DNA of 45,348 bases. Origin: an uncultured Oscillospiraceae bacterium (GTDB lineage Bacteria; Bacillota; Clostridia; Oscillospirales; Oscillospiraceae). Made by a program: the position numbers and the translations under genes. The notes beneath the pieces are model-generated. The model was not told the origin of the DNA, made no database searches, and saw only the letters and a program-made list of their open reading frames with translations. Shown here piece by piece: positions 8,557 through 19,050 of the stretch (positions are counted from its first letter, which is position 1; every line of letters begins with the position of its first letter). The stretch covers positions 1 to 45,348 of the forward strand of contig CAZHCB010000001.1 in NCBI GenBank assembly GCA_964530935.1, read 5' to 3'.

Positions 8557-10227
8557 ATGAACCGAATAATAAGGAAAGTTGTCATTATCATGACTGTTAT
8601 TGCCACGGTGACCGCTGCGCTTGGGGTTTCCGGGGTTGCTTTTGCTGCCTCAAACATATATGTTAATGATTCGTCAAATACATTGGGAACGGATCTGCCC
8701 TCGGCTTACGCCGTTGGACAAAACGGCGTTGTTGATGTTGTCGGAGATACATACGCCATAACAGGAACGGGCACAAAAAAAATTGAAACCGGAGCAGCCG
8801 GACTACCCAGCGCAGTGGAGGACGGGTCAACTGTTTCCATAGCGACAAATACATTGAGGGTCGGATTGTTCTGGAACACAACGGCGCCGGCGAATGTTTC
8901 TCTGGCGAATACTGTTGGCAGTGGATATAGATTTGGATACTACAATGCCAGCCGAGCGTTCGTTGACCTTGGATATACCTCCGCAACAGGACTTACAGTT
9001 ATAACTGACCTGAACGTTTCAACAAGCGGGGGAGCGGTATACTGCTTCCATATTAAACTTCCGCAAACATACAGCAATTTTACGCTTGCGCAGAGCGCGG
9101 CGAACCAATACGGCGGTTTTGTAAAGTATGAAAACGGAGCTTACCGTGTGCTTGTGGGGCAATACGCCAATTCTACTGCGGCTCAAAACGCATGCAATGC
9201 CTTTGGCGTGGCTGGGTGTACGGTGGAATCAGGAACGAATAAAACCGTTGTTGTAGTACAAACCGGCACAAACAAGATTCTCTTCGAATTTGATTACGGC
9301 TCAACCTACAGTCTGTCTATCCGTCCTGCGTCTTCTTCCGGAAAAGCGGTAACTAAGATTGCCGGAAATCGCACGTATTACGGTGATTTTCAGTTTACAC
9401 GTCTCGCAAGCGGCGTACTTACAGTTGTTAATTTTGTGAATATAGAAGACTACCTTAAAGGCGTTGTAACATACGAAATGAGCGCCTCGTGGCCGATAGA
9501 AGCGCTGAAGGCTCAGGCGGTGACCGCAAGAACTTATGCCATGAAGAGCCTCAACCTATATTCAGGCTTTGGTTTTGATGTGACTAATGACACCAGCTGC
9601 CAGTATTATGGAGGGACGGCCGCTTCAACGGCGAACTCAGATGCAGCGGTTGACCAAACAGCAGGAAAGTACATTACATACAATGGAGCGCTGTGCAGTA
9701 CATTCTATTATTCTGCAAATGGCGGCGGCTCTGAAAACAGTGAAAACGTATTTGTCACTGCCTTGCCGTATCTGAAGGGAGTAATTGACCCCTATGAGGC
9801 CGCGGCAACCGGAAACTCCTATGCGTCGTGGACAAGGACACTTAGTAAAACCACAATCGAAAATGCGGTTAAAACATGTTCGCCCAGTTTGGGCTTTGGA
9901 ACGTTCTCATCTATGAGCGTTACATATTCGTCAACAAATAATGTAATAGGAATTACTCTAAATGATACGGCCGGGAAATCGGTAACATATTCTCAGGGGA
10001 GTTGTTTTAACTTCTGCTACTTAAGTAAGTATCTGGGACTGCCCAGCATTCACTTTACATATGCCGTAAGTGGTGATAATATAGTCTTCACGGGAAGCGG
10101 CTGGGGTCACAGCGTTGGAATGAGCCAGTATGGTGCTTATGCAATGGCAAAAGTTTATGGTTGCAACTATCTCCAGATCATCCGCTTCTACTATACCGGC
10201 GTAAAGATATCAAGAGGAATAGTATAA
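8557..10227 (+). CDS. SpoIID/LytB domain protein with signal peptide and a SPOR-like segment
   Basis: The N-terminal signal/TM is [23 protein letters not shown]. The middle [23 protein letters not shown] resembles a SPOR domain. The C-terminal half carries SpoIID motifs ([65 protein letters not shown]). The start is the ATG at 8557 (AAGGGA RBS). Confidence 0.8.
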   Translation: MNRIIRKVVIIMTVIATVTAALGVSGVAFAASNIYVNDSSNTLGTDLPSAYAVGQNGVVDVVGDTYAITGTGTKKIETGAAGLPSAVEDGSTVSIATNTLRVGLFWNTTAPANVSLANTVGSGYRFGYYNASRAFVDLGYTSATGLTVITDLNVSTSGGAVYCFHIKLPQTYSNFTLAQSAANQYGGFVKYENGAYRVLVGQYANSTAAQNACNAFGVAGCTVESGTNKTVVVVQTGTNKILFEFDYGSTYSLSIRPASSSGKAVTKIAGNRTYYGDFQFTRLASGVLTVVNFVNIEDYLKGVVTYEMSASWPIEALKAQAVTARTYAMKSLNLYSGFGFDVTNDTSCQYYGGTAASTANSDAAVDQTAGKYITYNGALCSTFYYSANGGGSENSENVFVTALPYLKGVIDPYEAAATGNSYASWTRTLSKTTIENAVKTCSPSLGFGTFSSMSVTYSSTNNVIGITLNDTAGKSVTYSQGSCFNFCYLSKYLGLPSIHFTYAVSGDNIVFTGSGWGHSVGMSQYGAYAMAKVYGCNYLQIIRFYYTGVKISRGIV

Positions 10228-10231
10228 GTGT

Positions 10232-11254
10232 ATGAAATCATCAGATTTTAATTACTATTTACCGGAGGAGCTGATAGCTCAAACTCCGCTTGAAAGGCGC
10301 GATTATTCGCGCCTTTTGCATCTGAATAAGCAAACCGGCGAAATGGAGCACAAAAAGTTTTTTGACCTTCCCGGCTATTTGCGGGAGGGCGATTGCCTGG
10401 TTCTTAATAACTCCAGGGTTCTTCCTGCCCGGCTCTTCGGAAACCGTGAGTCCGGTGGCGTTGTGGAAGTGGTCCTTTTGCGGGATATGGGAGACGGACT
10501 TTGGGAGTGCCTGACACGTCCCGGGCGAAAAACCAAGCCCGGAACAAAGCTGATTTTCGGAGACGGAGAACTAACGGCAACGGTGACGCAGTCGCTGGAA
10601 GAGGGCAACAAGCTTCTCAAGTTCGATTATGAGGGCATATTTCTTGAAACCTTGGAACGTCTTGGGAAGATGCCTCTGCCCCCTTATATTAAAGAGGAGC
10701 TTGAGGATAAAGAGCGATACCAAACGGTGTATTCTAAGGATGTGGGCTCGGCGGCGGCGCCTACTGCCGGGCTGCACTTTACCCCTGAACTGCTGGATGG
10801 AATCCGCGGCAAGGGAGTTAAGGTGTGTTTTGTGACCCTTCATGTGGGTTTAGGCACGTTTAGACCGGTGAAATGTGAGGATGTTGAAAGCCACATTATG
10901 CACTCGGAGTTTTGCACAATCCCGAAAGAAACGGCGAAAATAATAAGCGAAACAAAAAGCGCCGGCGGGCGGATTATTTCAGTGGGAACAACAACCTGCC
11001 GAACCTTGGAAACCTTTGCCGGGCCGGATGGCACCATAGAAGCCAAGTCCGGCTGGACGGATATTTTTATATATCCGGGATATACCTTTAAATGTATTGA
11101 TGCTCTTGTTACCAATTTTCATTTACCGGAGAGCACCTTGATTATGCTGGTTTCAGCTCTTGCCGGAAAAGAAAACATACTCAGGGCATACGCCTGCGCA
11201 GTGGAAGAAAGGTATCGCTTCTTTTCCTTTGGCGATGCGATGTTCATTGAATAA
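10232..11254 (+). CDS. queA: S-adenosylmethionine:tRNA ribosyltransferase-isomerase
   Basis: The 340-aa ORF begins [29 protein letters not shown] and contains [17 protein letters not shown] and [12 protein letters not shown]. Confidence 0.95.
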   Translation: MKSSDFNYYLPEELIAQTPLERRDYSRLLHLNKQTGEMEHKKFFDLPGYLREGDCLVLNNSRVLPARLFGNRESGGVVEVVLLRDMGDGLWECLTRPGRKTKPGTKLIFGDGELTATVTQSLEEGNKLLKFDYEGIFLETLERLGKMPLPPYIKEELEDKERYQTVYSKDVGSAAAPTAGLHFTPELLDGIRGKGVKVCFVTLHVGLGTFRPVKCEDVESHIMHSEFCTIPKETAKIISETKSAGGRIISVGTTTCRTLETFAGPDGTIEAKSGWTDIFIYPGYTFKCIDALVTNFHLPESTLIMLVSALAGKENILRAYACAVEERYRFFSFGDAMFIE

Positions 11255-11284
11255 TAAATAACAGCCAAATAAGAGGACAAAATA

Positions 11285-12415
11285 TTGTTTACACTTATCA
11301 AAACAGAAGGCAACGCCCGCAGAGGTGAGTTTTCAACAGCGCACGGGACGGTACAAACACCGGTTTTTATGAATGTGGGGACTCAGGGCGCGATAAAGGG
11401 CGGTATATCGGCTCCGGAGCTCAAAGATCTGGGCTGCCAGATAGAGCTTTCAAACACATATCACCTGCATGTACGTCCTGGGGATGAGCTGATAAAGCGG
11501 CGTGGTGGGCTTCACAAGTTTATTAACTGGGATGGCCCGATTCTCACAGACAGCGGCGGTTTTCAGATATTTTCTCTTGCGCAGCTGCGAAAAATCAAGG
11601 AGGAAGGGGTGACCTTCAACTCTCATGTTGACGGGCGGAAAATCTTTATGGGCCCGGAAGAGAGCATGGCGATTCAATCCAATTTGGGCTCCGATATTGC
11701 CATGGCCTTTGACGAGTGCGTTGAGATCCCGTCGCCCTACGCTTATGTGGACAAGTCATGCGACCGCACCTACCGCTGGCTGGTGCGCTGCAAAGAGGAG
11801 CTTGTAAGGCTCAACGCGCTGCCGGATGCGGTTAATCCTCATCAGGTGCTCTTTGGTATCAACCAAGGCGCGACGTTTGCGGACCTGCGCGTTCGCCACA
11901 TGCAGCAGATTGCGGAGCTTGATTTGGCGGGATACGCAATAGGCGGGCTTGCGGTTGGCGAGACCCATCGGGAGATGTATGACACGATAGAAATCGTCGA
12001 AGAGCATATGCCCAAGAATAAGCCCCGGTATCTTATGGGCGTGGGAACACCGTCGAACATTATTGAAGGTGTTTTCAGAGGGATTGACTTTTTTGACTGC
12101 GTAATGCCATCGAGAAACGGACGTCATGGCCACTTTTTCACCTGGGATGGTGTGCTCAACATCAACAACAATAAATACGCTGAGGATGATGCGCCTATTG
12201 ACGAGAAGTGCAACTGCCCTGTGTGCAGAAGTTTTTCCAGAGCATATGTCAGGCATCTGTTCAAAGCTGGCGAGGTTTTGGCTATGCGTTTTGGCGCGAT
12301 TCACAACTTATATTTCTACAATCACCTCATGGAAAAAATAAGATTGGCCTTGGATGAGGGTCGATTTGTCGAATTTCGCAGAGAGTATTCTGAAAAGCTT
12401 CAAAGAAGAGTATAA
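11285..12415 (+). CDS. tgt: tRNA-guanine(34) transglycosylase
   Basis: The 376-aa ORF contains ARRGEFSTAHGTVQTPVFM, TDSGGFQ, YLMGVG and the zinc site CNCPVC...H. It has a TTG start with an AAGAGGA RBS. Confidence 0.95.
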   Translation: MFTLIKTEGNARRGEFSTAHGTVQTPVFMNVGTQGAIKGGISAPELKDLGCQIELSNTYHLHVRPGDELIKRRGGLHKFINWDGPILTDSGGFQIFSLAQLRKIKEEGVTFNSHVDGRKIFMGPEESMAIQSNLGSDIAMAFDECVEIPSPYAYVDKSCDRTYRWLVRCKEELVRLNALPDAVNPHQVLFGINQGATFADLRVRHMQQIAELDLAGYAIGGLAVGETHREMYDTIEIVEEHMPKNKPRYLMGVGTPSNIIEGVFRGIDFFDCVMPSRNGRHGHFFTWDGVLNINNNKYAEDDAPIDEKCNCPVCRSFSRAYVRHLFKAGEVLAMRFGAIHNLYFYNHLMEKIRLALDEGRFVEFRREYSEKLQRRV

Positions 12416-12419
12416 AAAC

Positions 12420-12448
12420 CTTGCAATTATAGAATAACAAATATATAA
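12420..12448 (+). promoter_or_regulatory. sigmaA-type promoter upstream of yajC
   Basis: TTGCAA, a 17-nt spacer, then TATAAT (12443-12448). Confidence 0.5.
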
Positions 12449-12486
12449 TTAGTGCCATCGTACAAACCTTAGGAGGTATTTATTAA

Positions 12487-12876
12487 ATGAACAAAGCGAC
12501 AGTAAAGAAAATTCTTGCCGCAATATCATTGATGCTTGTATTCTGCGTTGTATTTGCCGGATGCTCCATGCTTGGCGGCACACCCGCAGTTGAGGGAGAA
12601 ACTGCAAGCGGTTCCGGTGGAACAATCCAGTTTGTGATTTCGATGGTGGTTCTGGTTGCTGTTTTCTATTTCTTCATGATTCGCCCCGAGAGGAAGAGAA
12701 AGAAGCAAACAGAAGAGATGAGAAGCTCACTGTCTGTTGGCGATCCAGTTGTCACTATTGGCGGTATGGTGGGCAAGATTGTTGAGATCTCTGCTGATGA
12801 AATCGTCTTCGAAACCGGTGAAGACCGCGTTCGTATCGCGGTAAAAAAGTGGGCAATATCCCGCAAGGCAAAATAG
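12487..12876 (+). CDS. yajC: preprotein translocase subunit YajC, with an N-terminal lipobox-like extension
   Basis: The YajC core is VISMVVLVAVFYFFMIRPERKRKKQTEEMRSSLSVGDPVVTIGGMVGKIVEI. It is preceded by ~45 aa containing VFAGC. Confidence 0.8.
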   Translation: MNKATVKKILAAISLMLVFCVVFAGCSMLGGTPAVEGETASGSGGTIQFVISMVVLVAVFYFFMIRPERKRKKQTEEMRSSLSVGDPVVTIGGMVGKIVEISADEIVFETGEDRVRIAVKKWAISRKAK

Positions 12877-12911
12877 CACCCGAATTAACTAAATAGAGTC
12901 ATTCAAAAGAC

Positions 12912-12954
12912 ACCCGCCGAATAAGCTATAACAGGTTTGTTCGGCGGGTTTTTT
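12912..12954 (+). terminator. intrinsic terminator after yajC
   Basis: ACCCGCCGAA-N18-TTCGGCGGGT is followed by TTTTT. Confidence 0.75.
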
Positions 12955-13072
12955 GCGCCCATTTTCAAATGTTGCAGGCCAAGAGGGGATAGTGGCCCGA
13001 AGAGACTATTCCCAGATATGACGCAAGTGCTTCAAATGAGGAAAACAAAAAGGGAAAAGGAGTGGTGAAAAA

Positions 13073-13498
13073 ATGGTGTCTACCAAGGATGGCAAAAAGG
13101 TTAGGAGCGGGCTTATAATGAGCGCGGCAAAAAGCGCGGTATTTGGGATAGTAATAACGATGATATTGCTATTGGGAATATCGGCTCTGATAATCGGCGG
13201 GGTGCTCACAATGGATATGGCAGATGAATATGTGATATGCAGTGTCATAATAGGGTCTGCAATTGCAGGATGGCTCTGCGCAAAGAAGATGGACGGGGGA
13301 GTGATAAAAGCCGGGTTGACGACGGCGGGGATGTACTTGGCGGTAATACTTATTGGAACGATTTTTACACAAAAAACCGGTGAAGATGGCTCAATTATTT
13401 TAAAAGTTATTATCGCAACCATAGCCGGAGGGTGCTTTGGCGGGGTACTGCGATTGTACAGAAAGACTAAAAAGTCCAAAATACGAAAGAAGATATAA
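13073..13498 (+). CDS. small multi-pass membrane protein (possibly the TIGR04086 family)
   Basis: The 141-aa ORF has an AAGGAG RBS, four predicted hydrophobic helices and a basic C-terminal tail (RKTKKSKIRKKI). The family assignment is from memory of the yajC-adjacent gene in Clostridia and is not verified. Confidence 0.5.
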   Translation: MVSTKDGKKVRSGLIMSAAKSAVFGIVITMILLLGISALIIGGVLTMDMADEYVICSVIIGSAIAGWLCAKKMDGGVIKAGLTTAGMYLAVILIGTIFTQKTGEDGSIILKVIIATIAGGCFGGVLRLYRKTKKSKIRKKI

Positions 13499-13804
13499 CT
13501 ATTTGTAATCAAAATGGGGAGTTAACATAATTGCGTTTTGATTACCAATATATAGTGAACATAAGGAAATAGCTCACTAGATATGCAAAAAATCGCCGTT
13601 TTTAGCTGGTGATTACAAGTTCAAGTTTACAAGGTTTACATAATACAGTTAACATAACATACCGTCATAATTAACAAAAATCAACTTATTTCTGAATTTC
13701 ACTTGATAACTGTTTGAATTTGTATTATATTGTCAACGAGAGATGTTATGTAAATTGTATTATTATCTTCATTTCTGTTTTTTTCGGAAATTTGGTGATT
13801 AATA

Positions 13805-14392
13805 ATGCTTAAACATAGTTTCATTTCATCAGACCCGGTTGATGCAAAATCAGGAAACAATAAACCGAGTACAATTCTCCTGTTGTCTTTGTTTGCTCTT
13901 GGTTGCGTTCTTGGAGCGTTTTTCGGGTCGAACTATTCTACTGTCTCAATCTTGGGATTTGACCTCAGCGAGTCCTCATCGAGCGACAGCGGTTTGTTAC
14001 TTAATACCTTTCAAATAATTAGGTTTCATCTTTTAGCAATTTTACTTGGAACTTCCTTTCTTGGAATGGTATTTATACCTGCGTTATCCTTTCTAAAAGG
14101 ATTTGCCTTAAGCTGTACTTCGGCTACCATAATTTCTTCTCAGCCTACGAACGGCATAATTATGGCGCTCATTATTATAGGAGTACCATCCCTTTTTCTA
14201 ATACCCAGCTTCATTGCCATCAGCGATGACGCATTCTTTAGATCAGGCAGGATTTTTTCGGCAGTAAGAAAAAGCTATATACCCCTTGCCGGAAAAACTA
14301 ATATGCAAATTCTCTTTGCAATCCCGGCTCTTGTTATTGGTGTGCTTATTGATATGAAACTTGTTCCATATCTTTTATCTTTACTCAACTAA
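13805..14392 (+). CDS. stage II sporulation protein M-like membrane protein
   Basis: The 195-aa polytopic membrane protein has segments resembling B. subtilis SpoIIM (GMVFIPALSFLKGFALS vs GLPVIFIMLFLKGFVVG; VPSLFLIPSFIAIS vs LPQNLLVIPAYMIVG). It sits immediately upstream of xerD, echoing the B. subtilis spoIIM-fur-ripX neighbourhood. Confidence 0.45.
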   Translation: MLKHSFISSDPVDAKSGNNKPSTILLLSLFALGCVLGAFFGSNYSTVSILGFDLSESSSSDSGLLLNTFQIIRFHLLAILLGTSFLGMVFIPALSFLKGFALSCTSATIISSQPTNGIIMALIIIGVPSLFLIPSFIAISDDAFFRSGRIFSAVRKSYIPLAGKTNMQILFAIPALVIGVLIDMKLVPYLLSLLN

Positions 14393-14415
14393 AACTACCG
14401 AAAGGAGGCGTGTTA

Positions 14416-15306
14416 ATGGACAATTTGGCATTATTGAAAAAATATGAAGACTATCTGCGTAATGTTAAGAAAGCCTCGGACAACACCCTCTTCTCTTATT
14501 TAAGAGACATTAGACAATTAGGTGAGTATCTTACCGGACACACCGATGACACCTTTGAAACGGTCACCGATGAAGAGCTTGTTGGATACACAACGTGGAT
14601 GAAGGCACAGGGCAAATCAGTTCCCACCATTGCCCGAGGCATCGCCTCAATAAAGAACTTTTATCGCTACCTGATTTCACAGGATATTGTTGAAGAAGAC
14701 CCCACGACTTCTCTTGTACCTGAAAAAGCGGAGCAAAAGCTTCCGCAAATTCTAACCGGTAAGGAAGTTGAGCTTTTGCTTGAACAGCCGGAGTGTACTG
14801 ACCTTAAGGGTTATCGTGACAGGGCTATGCTGGAGCTTCTTTATGCAACGGGTATCCGGGTTAGTGAGCTAATAACACTTGACATTACAGATATAAACAT
14901 ATCCGCCGGCATTATTCGCTGTCGCAGCCACGAGAAGGAGAGGGCGATCCCGCTTTATCCCGCAGCTGTTCGCGCGCTGAAAGAATATGTTGAGTTCGTA
15001 AGACCTCAGATGCTGGCATCGGCGGACGAGCCGTCGCTGTTTGTTAATGTCAGTGGGGAGAGAATGTCACGACAGGGTTTTTGGAAGATTATTAAAACCT
15101 ACCAGATGAAGGCAAAGATAGAAAAAACCATCACGCCTCATACCCTGCGCCATTCATTTGCGGCGCACTTGCTTGAAAACGGTGCAGATTTGCGCTCCAT
15201 TCAGGAGATGCTTGGTCACGCCGACATTTCCTCAACTCAGGTGTATTCACAGTTGGTGAAAAAGCAGCTGAAGGATGTTTACAACAAAGCACATCCGAGA
15301 GCATAA
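14416..15306 (+). CDS. xerD: site-specific tyrosine recombinase XerD/XerC
   Basis: The 296-aa ORF has an N-terminal SAM-like core-binding domain and the catalytic signature ...GIRVSELITL..., HTLRHSFAAHLLENGADLRSIQEMLGHADISSTQVYS. GGAGG lies 7 nt before the ATG at 14416. Confidence 0.85.
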   Translation: MDNLALLKKYEDYLRNVKKASDNTLFSYLRDIRQLGEYLTGHTDDTFETVTDEELVGYTTWMKAQGKSVPTIARGIASIKNFYRYLISQDIVEEDPTTSLVPEKAEQKLPQILTGKEVELLLEQPECTDLKGYRDRAMLELLYATGIRVSELITLDITDINISAGIIRCRSHEKERAIPLYPAAVRALKEYVEFVRPQMLASADEPSLFVNVSGERMSRQGFWKIIKTYQMKAKIEKTITPHTLRHSFAAHLLENGADLRSIQEMLGHADISSTQVYSQLVKKQLKDVYNKAHPRA

Positions 15307-15328
15307 AGCAAAAAGTTAATAAACAATG

Positions 15329-15364
15329 AAAAGACGAGTAAGCTCAATGCTTACTCGTCTTTTG
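15329..15364 (+). terminator. intrinsic terminator after xerD
   Basis: AAAAGACGAGTAAGC-tcaat-GCTTACTCGTCTTTT forms a 15-bp stem that includes a U-run. Confidence 0.75.
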
Positions 15365-15448
15365 TTGCGCCGATGGGCAGAAAAACTCGTTGATTATGAA
15401 ATGAAATTATGATAAAATCATTTGAATAGTGTGTATGCGGAGGTCGCC

Positions 15449-15964
15449 ATGCGGATTTTAGGTATTGATCCCGGTATTGCCACCGTGGGTTTTGGAGTTA
15501 TTGACAGCTATAAAAGTGACTTGAAGCTTGTAAATTACGGAGTTGTTACAACGCCTGCCGGTACAAGCCTCTCGAGCCGTCTAGATCAAATATATTCAGA
15601 CATCTCTGAGCTTTGCAGCACCTTCAATCCCGATGCAATCGCCTGCGAGGAACTCTTTTTTAATACAAACATAACTACCGGAATTTCAGTTGCTCACGGC
15701 AGGGGGGTAATCCTGTTGGCCGGATATAAAGCCGGGATTCCCATTTTTGAATATACTCCGCTACAAGTAAAGCAAGCGGTTGTAGGCTATGGCCGAGCAG
15801 AAAAGAACCAAGTAATTGATATGGTCAAGCGCATACTCAACATGAAGCTTGCCCCAAAACCTGACGACGCTGCGGATGCCCTGGCAATTGCGATTTGCCA
15901 CGCGCGGAGCGCGACTTCACTTTTAACAACAAAGGCAGGTGCGAATCAATGCTCCACCACATAA
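15449..15964 (+). CDS. ruvC: crossover junction endodeoxyribonuclease RuvC
   Basis: The ORF begins MRILGIDPGIATVGFGVI and ends ...DAADALAIAICHA. The start is the ATG at 15449 (GGAGG RBS), and a TTGATT-17-TAAAAT promoter lies just upstream. Confidence 0.9.
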   Translation: MRILGIDPGIATVGFGVIDSYKSDLKLVNYGVVTTPAGTSLSSRLDQIYSDISELCSTFNPDAIACEELFFNTNITTGISVAHGRGVILLAGYKAGIPIFEYTPLQVKQAVVGYGRAEKNQVIDMVKRILNMKLAPKPDDAADALAIAICHARSATSLLTTKAGANQCSTT

Positions 15965-16548
15965 ACGGGAAAGTAAGCGAAATTGAGGCAAACCTTGCAG
16001 TTATTGATTGCCATGGAATCGGCTTTGGATTGAATATAACAACCAATACGGCGTCCAGACTCAAGATTGGTGAGACTGCGTTGCTGTATGTTTATGAAAA
16101 CGTGAAAGAGGACGCATACGACCTTTTCGGTTTTGCAGAAAAGCGTGAGCGTCGGTGCTTTGAAATGTTGCTCGGCGTTTCCGGCGTTGGGCCGAAAGCG
16201 GCTCTCTCAATTCTATCGGCAACAACACCGGAATCCTTCGCTATGGCTATTATCAGCGGCGATGAGAAGACGATAACCCTTGCTCCCGGAGTGGGAAAGA
16301 AAATTGCGCAAAGGGTCATTTTAGAGCTCAAAGATAAGATTAGCAAGGAGACAGGCGAGGTTTCTGTCGGCTCAATTTCCGCGGCCTCCGGCAGCATCGG
16401 TGTTTCAAAAATGTCGGACGCAGCCTCTGCACTTGCGGTTCTGGGTTATGGCAGCGCTGAGATCAGTGTTGCCTTGAAAGATATTGACATTGAGAATAAC
16501 GCTCTTGAGGATATTGTGCGCATGGCGCTTAAGAAAATGATTAAATAG
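15949..16548 (+). CDS. ruvA: Holliday junction branch migration complex subunit RuvA
   Basis: The ORF begins MLHHINGKV..., continues LFGF...[24 protein letters not shown] and has HhH motifs ([19 protein letters not shown]). It overlaps the ruvC 3' end by 16 nt. Confidence 0.9.
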   Translation: MLHHINGKVSEIEANLAVIDCHGIGFGLNITTNTASRLKIGETALLYVYENVKEDAYDLFGFAEKRERRCFEMLLGVSGVGPKAALSILSATTPESFAMAIISGDEKTITLAPGVGKKIAQRVILELKDKISKETGEVSVGSISAASGSIGVSKMSDAASALAVLGYGSAEISVALKDIDIENNALEDIVRMALKKMIK

Positions 16549-16559
16549 GGGGGAGCTTT

Positions 16560-17600
16560 TTGGGTATAAACTTTTCAAACTCTGAGGAGGAGCATATTGT
16601 CACATCGGCGGCAATCCTTCCTGAGGACAACAATGAAGGTTCTCTACGTCCGAGGGCTCTTTCGGAATATATAGGTCAGAAGAAGGCGAAGGACAACCTT
16701 AGCGTGTTTATTCAGGCGGCAAAAATGCGCAATGAACCCTTAGATCATGTTTTGCTCCACGGCCCTCCGGGCTTGGGAAAAACGACCCTTGCGGGAATAA
16801 TCGCAAACGAGATGGGAGTCAATATGCGCATTACCTCCGGCCCTACAATAGAGAAGGCGGGAGATTTAGCGGCCTTACTGACTAACCTCCAGGAAAATGA
16901 TATTCTGTTTGTGGACGAGATCCATAGATTGAACCGTGCTGTGGAGGAGATTTTATATCCCGCCATGGAGGATTATGCAATCGACATCATTATAGGTAAA
17001 GGCCCGTCGGCTAACTCAATTCGTCTTGATTTGCCCCGGTTCACACTTATTGGCGCCACAACTCGCTCCGGCCAGCTAACAGCACCGCTGCGTGACCGTT
17101 TCGGCGTGACTCTCCGTCTGGAATTATACTCACCGGATGAGCTCCAGCTGATAGTTAGCAGAAGCGCGGATATTTTGGGAATAGAAATTGAGCCCTCCGG
17201 TGCAAGGGAAATTGCGTTGCGCAGCAGGGGAACGCCCCGAATTGCCAACAGAATGCTGCGCCGTGTACGTGACTTTGCCCAGGTATCCTCTGACGGAGTA
17301 ATCACACTCCAGGTTGCAGACGAAGCGCTGACGCGGCTCGAGGTTGACAAGCTCGGGCTTGATTCTCTGGACAGGAGAATGCTCCGGGCAATAATTGAGT
17401 TTTACGGTGGAGGCCCGGTGGGACTTGACACTCTTGCCGCGACAATCAATGAAGAGGCAGTAACCCTTGAAGACGTATACGAACCCTATCTATTGCAGCA
17501 GGGATTCATAACCAGAACTCCTCGGGGACGGTGCGTGACAAGGCGTGCATATGAGCATCTGGGAATCGAATATTTAGGACAGCAGCAAATCGAAATATAA
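16560..17600 (+). CDS. ruvB: Holliday junction DNA helicase RuvB
   Basis: The ORF has a Walker A ([11 protein letters not shown]), a Walker B (LFVDEIHRL) and [15 protein letters not shown]. Confidence 0.95.
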   Translation: MGINFSNSEEEHIVTSAAILPEDNNEGSLRPRALSEYIGQKKAKDNLSVFIQAAKMRNEPLDHVLLHGPPGLGKTTLAGIIANEMGVNMRITSGPTIEKAGDLAALLTNLQENDILFVDEIHRLNRAVEEILYPAMEDYAIDIIIGKGPSANSIRLDLPRFTLIGATTRSGQLTAPLRDRFGVTLRLELYSPDELQLIVSRSADILGIEIEPSGAREIALRSRGTPRIANRMLRRVRDFAQVSSDGVITLQVADEALTRLEVDKLGLDSLDRRMLRAIIEFYGGGPVGLDTLAATINEEAVTLEDVYEPYLLQQGFITRTPRGRCVTRRAYEHLGIEYLGQQQIEI

Positions 17601-17616
17601 TTTGGGGGAAACGAAA

Positions 17617-18978
17617 TTGGGCAAATATTTTGGAACGGATGGAATCAGAGGCGTAGTTAACAAGAGCTTAGATGTTGAGCTAGCCTTCAAAGTCGGTCAG
17701 GCGGCGGCAATGGTGTTGGCAAAGGATACCCATAAAAAACCGGTTTTTACCATAGGAAAAGACACTCGCATCTCCTGCGATATGCTTGAAGCGGCAATCA
17801 CAGCCGGTTTATGTGCAGCCGGCGCAAACGTAATGCACTTGGGAGTTGTGCCAACCCCTGCGGTGGCGTTCATCACCAAGGACTCGGGTGCTGAGGCCGG
17901 AATAGTTATTTCCGCATCACACAATCCATATGAACACAACGGCATTAAGATTTTTAATGGACAGGGCTTTAAGCTCTCCGATGAATTGGAAGAAGAAATT
18001 GAGTCTTTGGTGGACGCACCGGAAAAGCTTGAAAAAAAGGTTAATGGCGATATTGGTCACATTCTGGATAGAAGCCAAGAATATATTGACCGCTATGTAG
18101 AGCATGTTGTTTCCGCAGCGGGTGGCGAAATAAAAAAGATGAAGGTTCTCATCGACTGCTCAAACGGCGCCGCTTGCAGAACCGTCAACCAAATTTTTGG
18201 AAGATTCCCTTTGCAGCTTGAGCTTATCAGTGACCATTCTGACGGCATTAACATCAATAATAACTGCGGCTCAACTCACATTGAAAACCTTGGCAAAATG
18301 CTTGTTGCCGGAGGTTTTGATATCGGCATTGCCTTTGACGGCGACGCAGACCGTTGCCTGGTTGTTGATGAAAATGGCAATCTTGTGGATGGCGACAAGA
18401 TAATGGCGATTTGCGGCAAGGAAATGAAAGCGGTCGGAAAGCTAAAAAATAACGCCATAGTTGCAACTGTAATGTCAAACCTCGGTCTGCATGAGTATTG
18501 TCGCAACAACGAAATCGACTTGTACTGTGCAGCAGTGGGGGATAGAAATGTTCTTGAAATGATGCAGGAAAAAAGCTTTAACTTAGGCGGAGAGCAGTCC
18601 GGCCACCTGATTTTTCTGGACGACGAAACCACCGGAGACGGTCAACTGGCTGCCGTTAAGTTTTTGGAGGTTGTGAGCAATTCCGGCAAAAAAGTATCGG
18701 AGCTTGCGGCGCAGATCAATACATATCCTCAAGTTCTGCAAAATATCGCTATTGAGGGCGGGAACGAGGCAAAGGCACGGATTATGGCGGATGCCAAGCT
18801 AAAGGCCTTAATTTCTGAGCGTGAAAAAGAGCTGGCTGACACGGGCAGAATCCTTGTTCGTCCTTCGGGTACGGAAGCGCTGATTCGTGTTATGGTTGAA
18901 GCGAAAGACGACACAACGGCATTTAATGTTGCATATAGCCTCACAGAATACATCAAAAACACATCAAATTTTCAATAA
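17617..18978 (+). CDS. glmM: phosphoglucosamine mutase
   Basis: The TTG start gives (M)GKYFGTDGIRG. The active-site is ISASHNPYEHNGIK, with FDGDADR and GGEQSGH also present. I prefer 17617 (GGGGGA RBS) over 17602. Confidence 0.95.
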   Translation: MGKYFGTDGIRGVVNKSLDVELAFKVGQAAAMVLAKDTHKKPVFTIGKDTRISCDMLEAAITAGLCAAGANVMHLGVVPTPAVAFITKDSGAEAGIVISASHNPYEHNGIKIFNGQGFKLSDELEEEIESLVDAPEKLEKKVNGDIGHILDRSQEYIDRYVEHVVSAAGGEIKKMKVLIDCSNGAACRTVNQIFGRFPLQLELISDHSDGININNNCGSTHIENLGKMLVAGGFDIGIAFDGDADRCLVVDENGNLVDGDKIMAICGKEMKAVGKLKNNAIVATVMSNLGLHEYCRNNEIDLYCAAVGDRNVLEMMQEKSFNLGGEQSGHLIFLDDETTGDGQLAAVKFLEVVSNSGKKVSELAAQINTYPQVLQNIAIEGGNEAKARIMADAKLKALISEREKELADTGRILVRPSGTEALIRVMVEAKDDTTAFNVAYSLTEYIKNTSNFQ

Positions 18979-19002
18979 CGCTTAAAACGGGCGCTGTTTT
19001 TC

Positions 19003-19031
19003 TTGACATTTTGTAAAAAAAGTACTATAAT
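19003..19031 (+). promoter_or_regulatory. consensus sigmaA promoter for the sigH-like gene
   Basis: TTGACA (19003-19008), a 17-nt spacer, then TATAAT (19026-19031). Confidence 0.6.
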
Positions 19032-19050
19032 CAGCTTTGCTTAGGGTAAT

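Noticed and set aside
13735-13770. dif-like XerCD site (TTATGTAAA also at about 31733) given xerD and ftsK in the window
   Set aside because: Only the right-arm heptamer resembles the Firmicute dif. The left arm and central region do not match in either place.
14416-15306. The tyrosine recombinase as the integrase of a mobile element
   Set aside because: It has the full XerD/XerC signature and length, sits in a housekeeping context (spoIIM-like, ruvCAB), and is not flanked by a tRNA, repeats or cargo genes.
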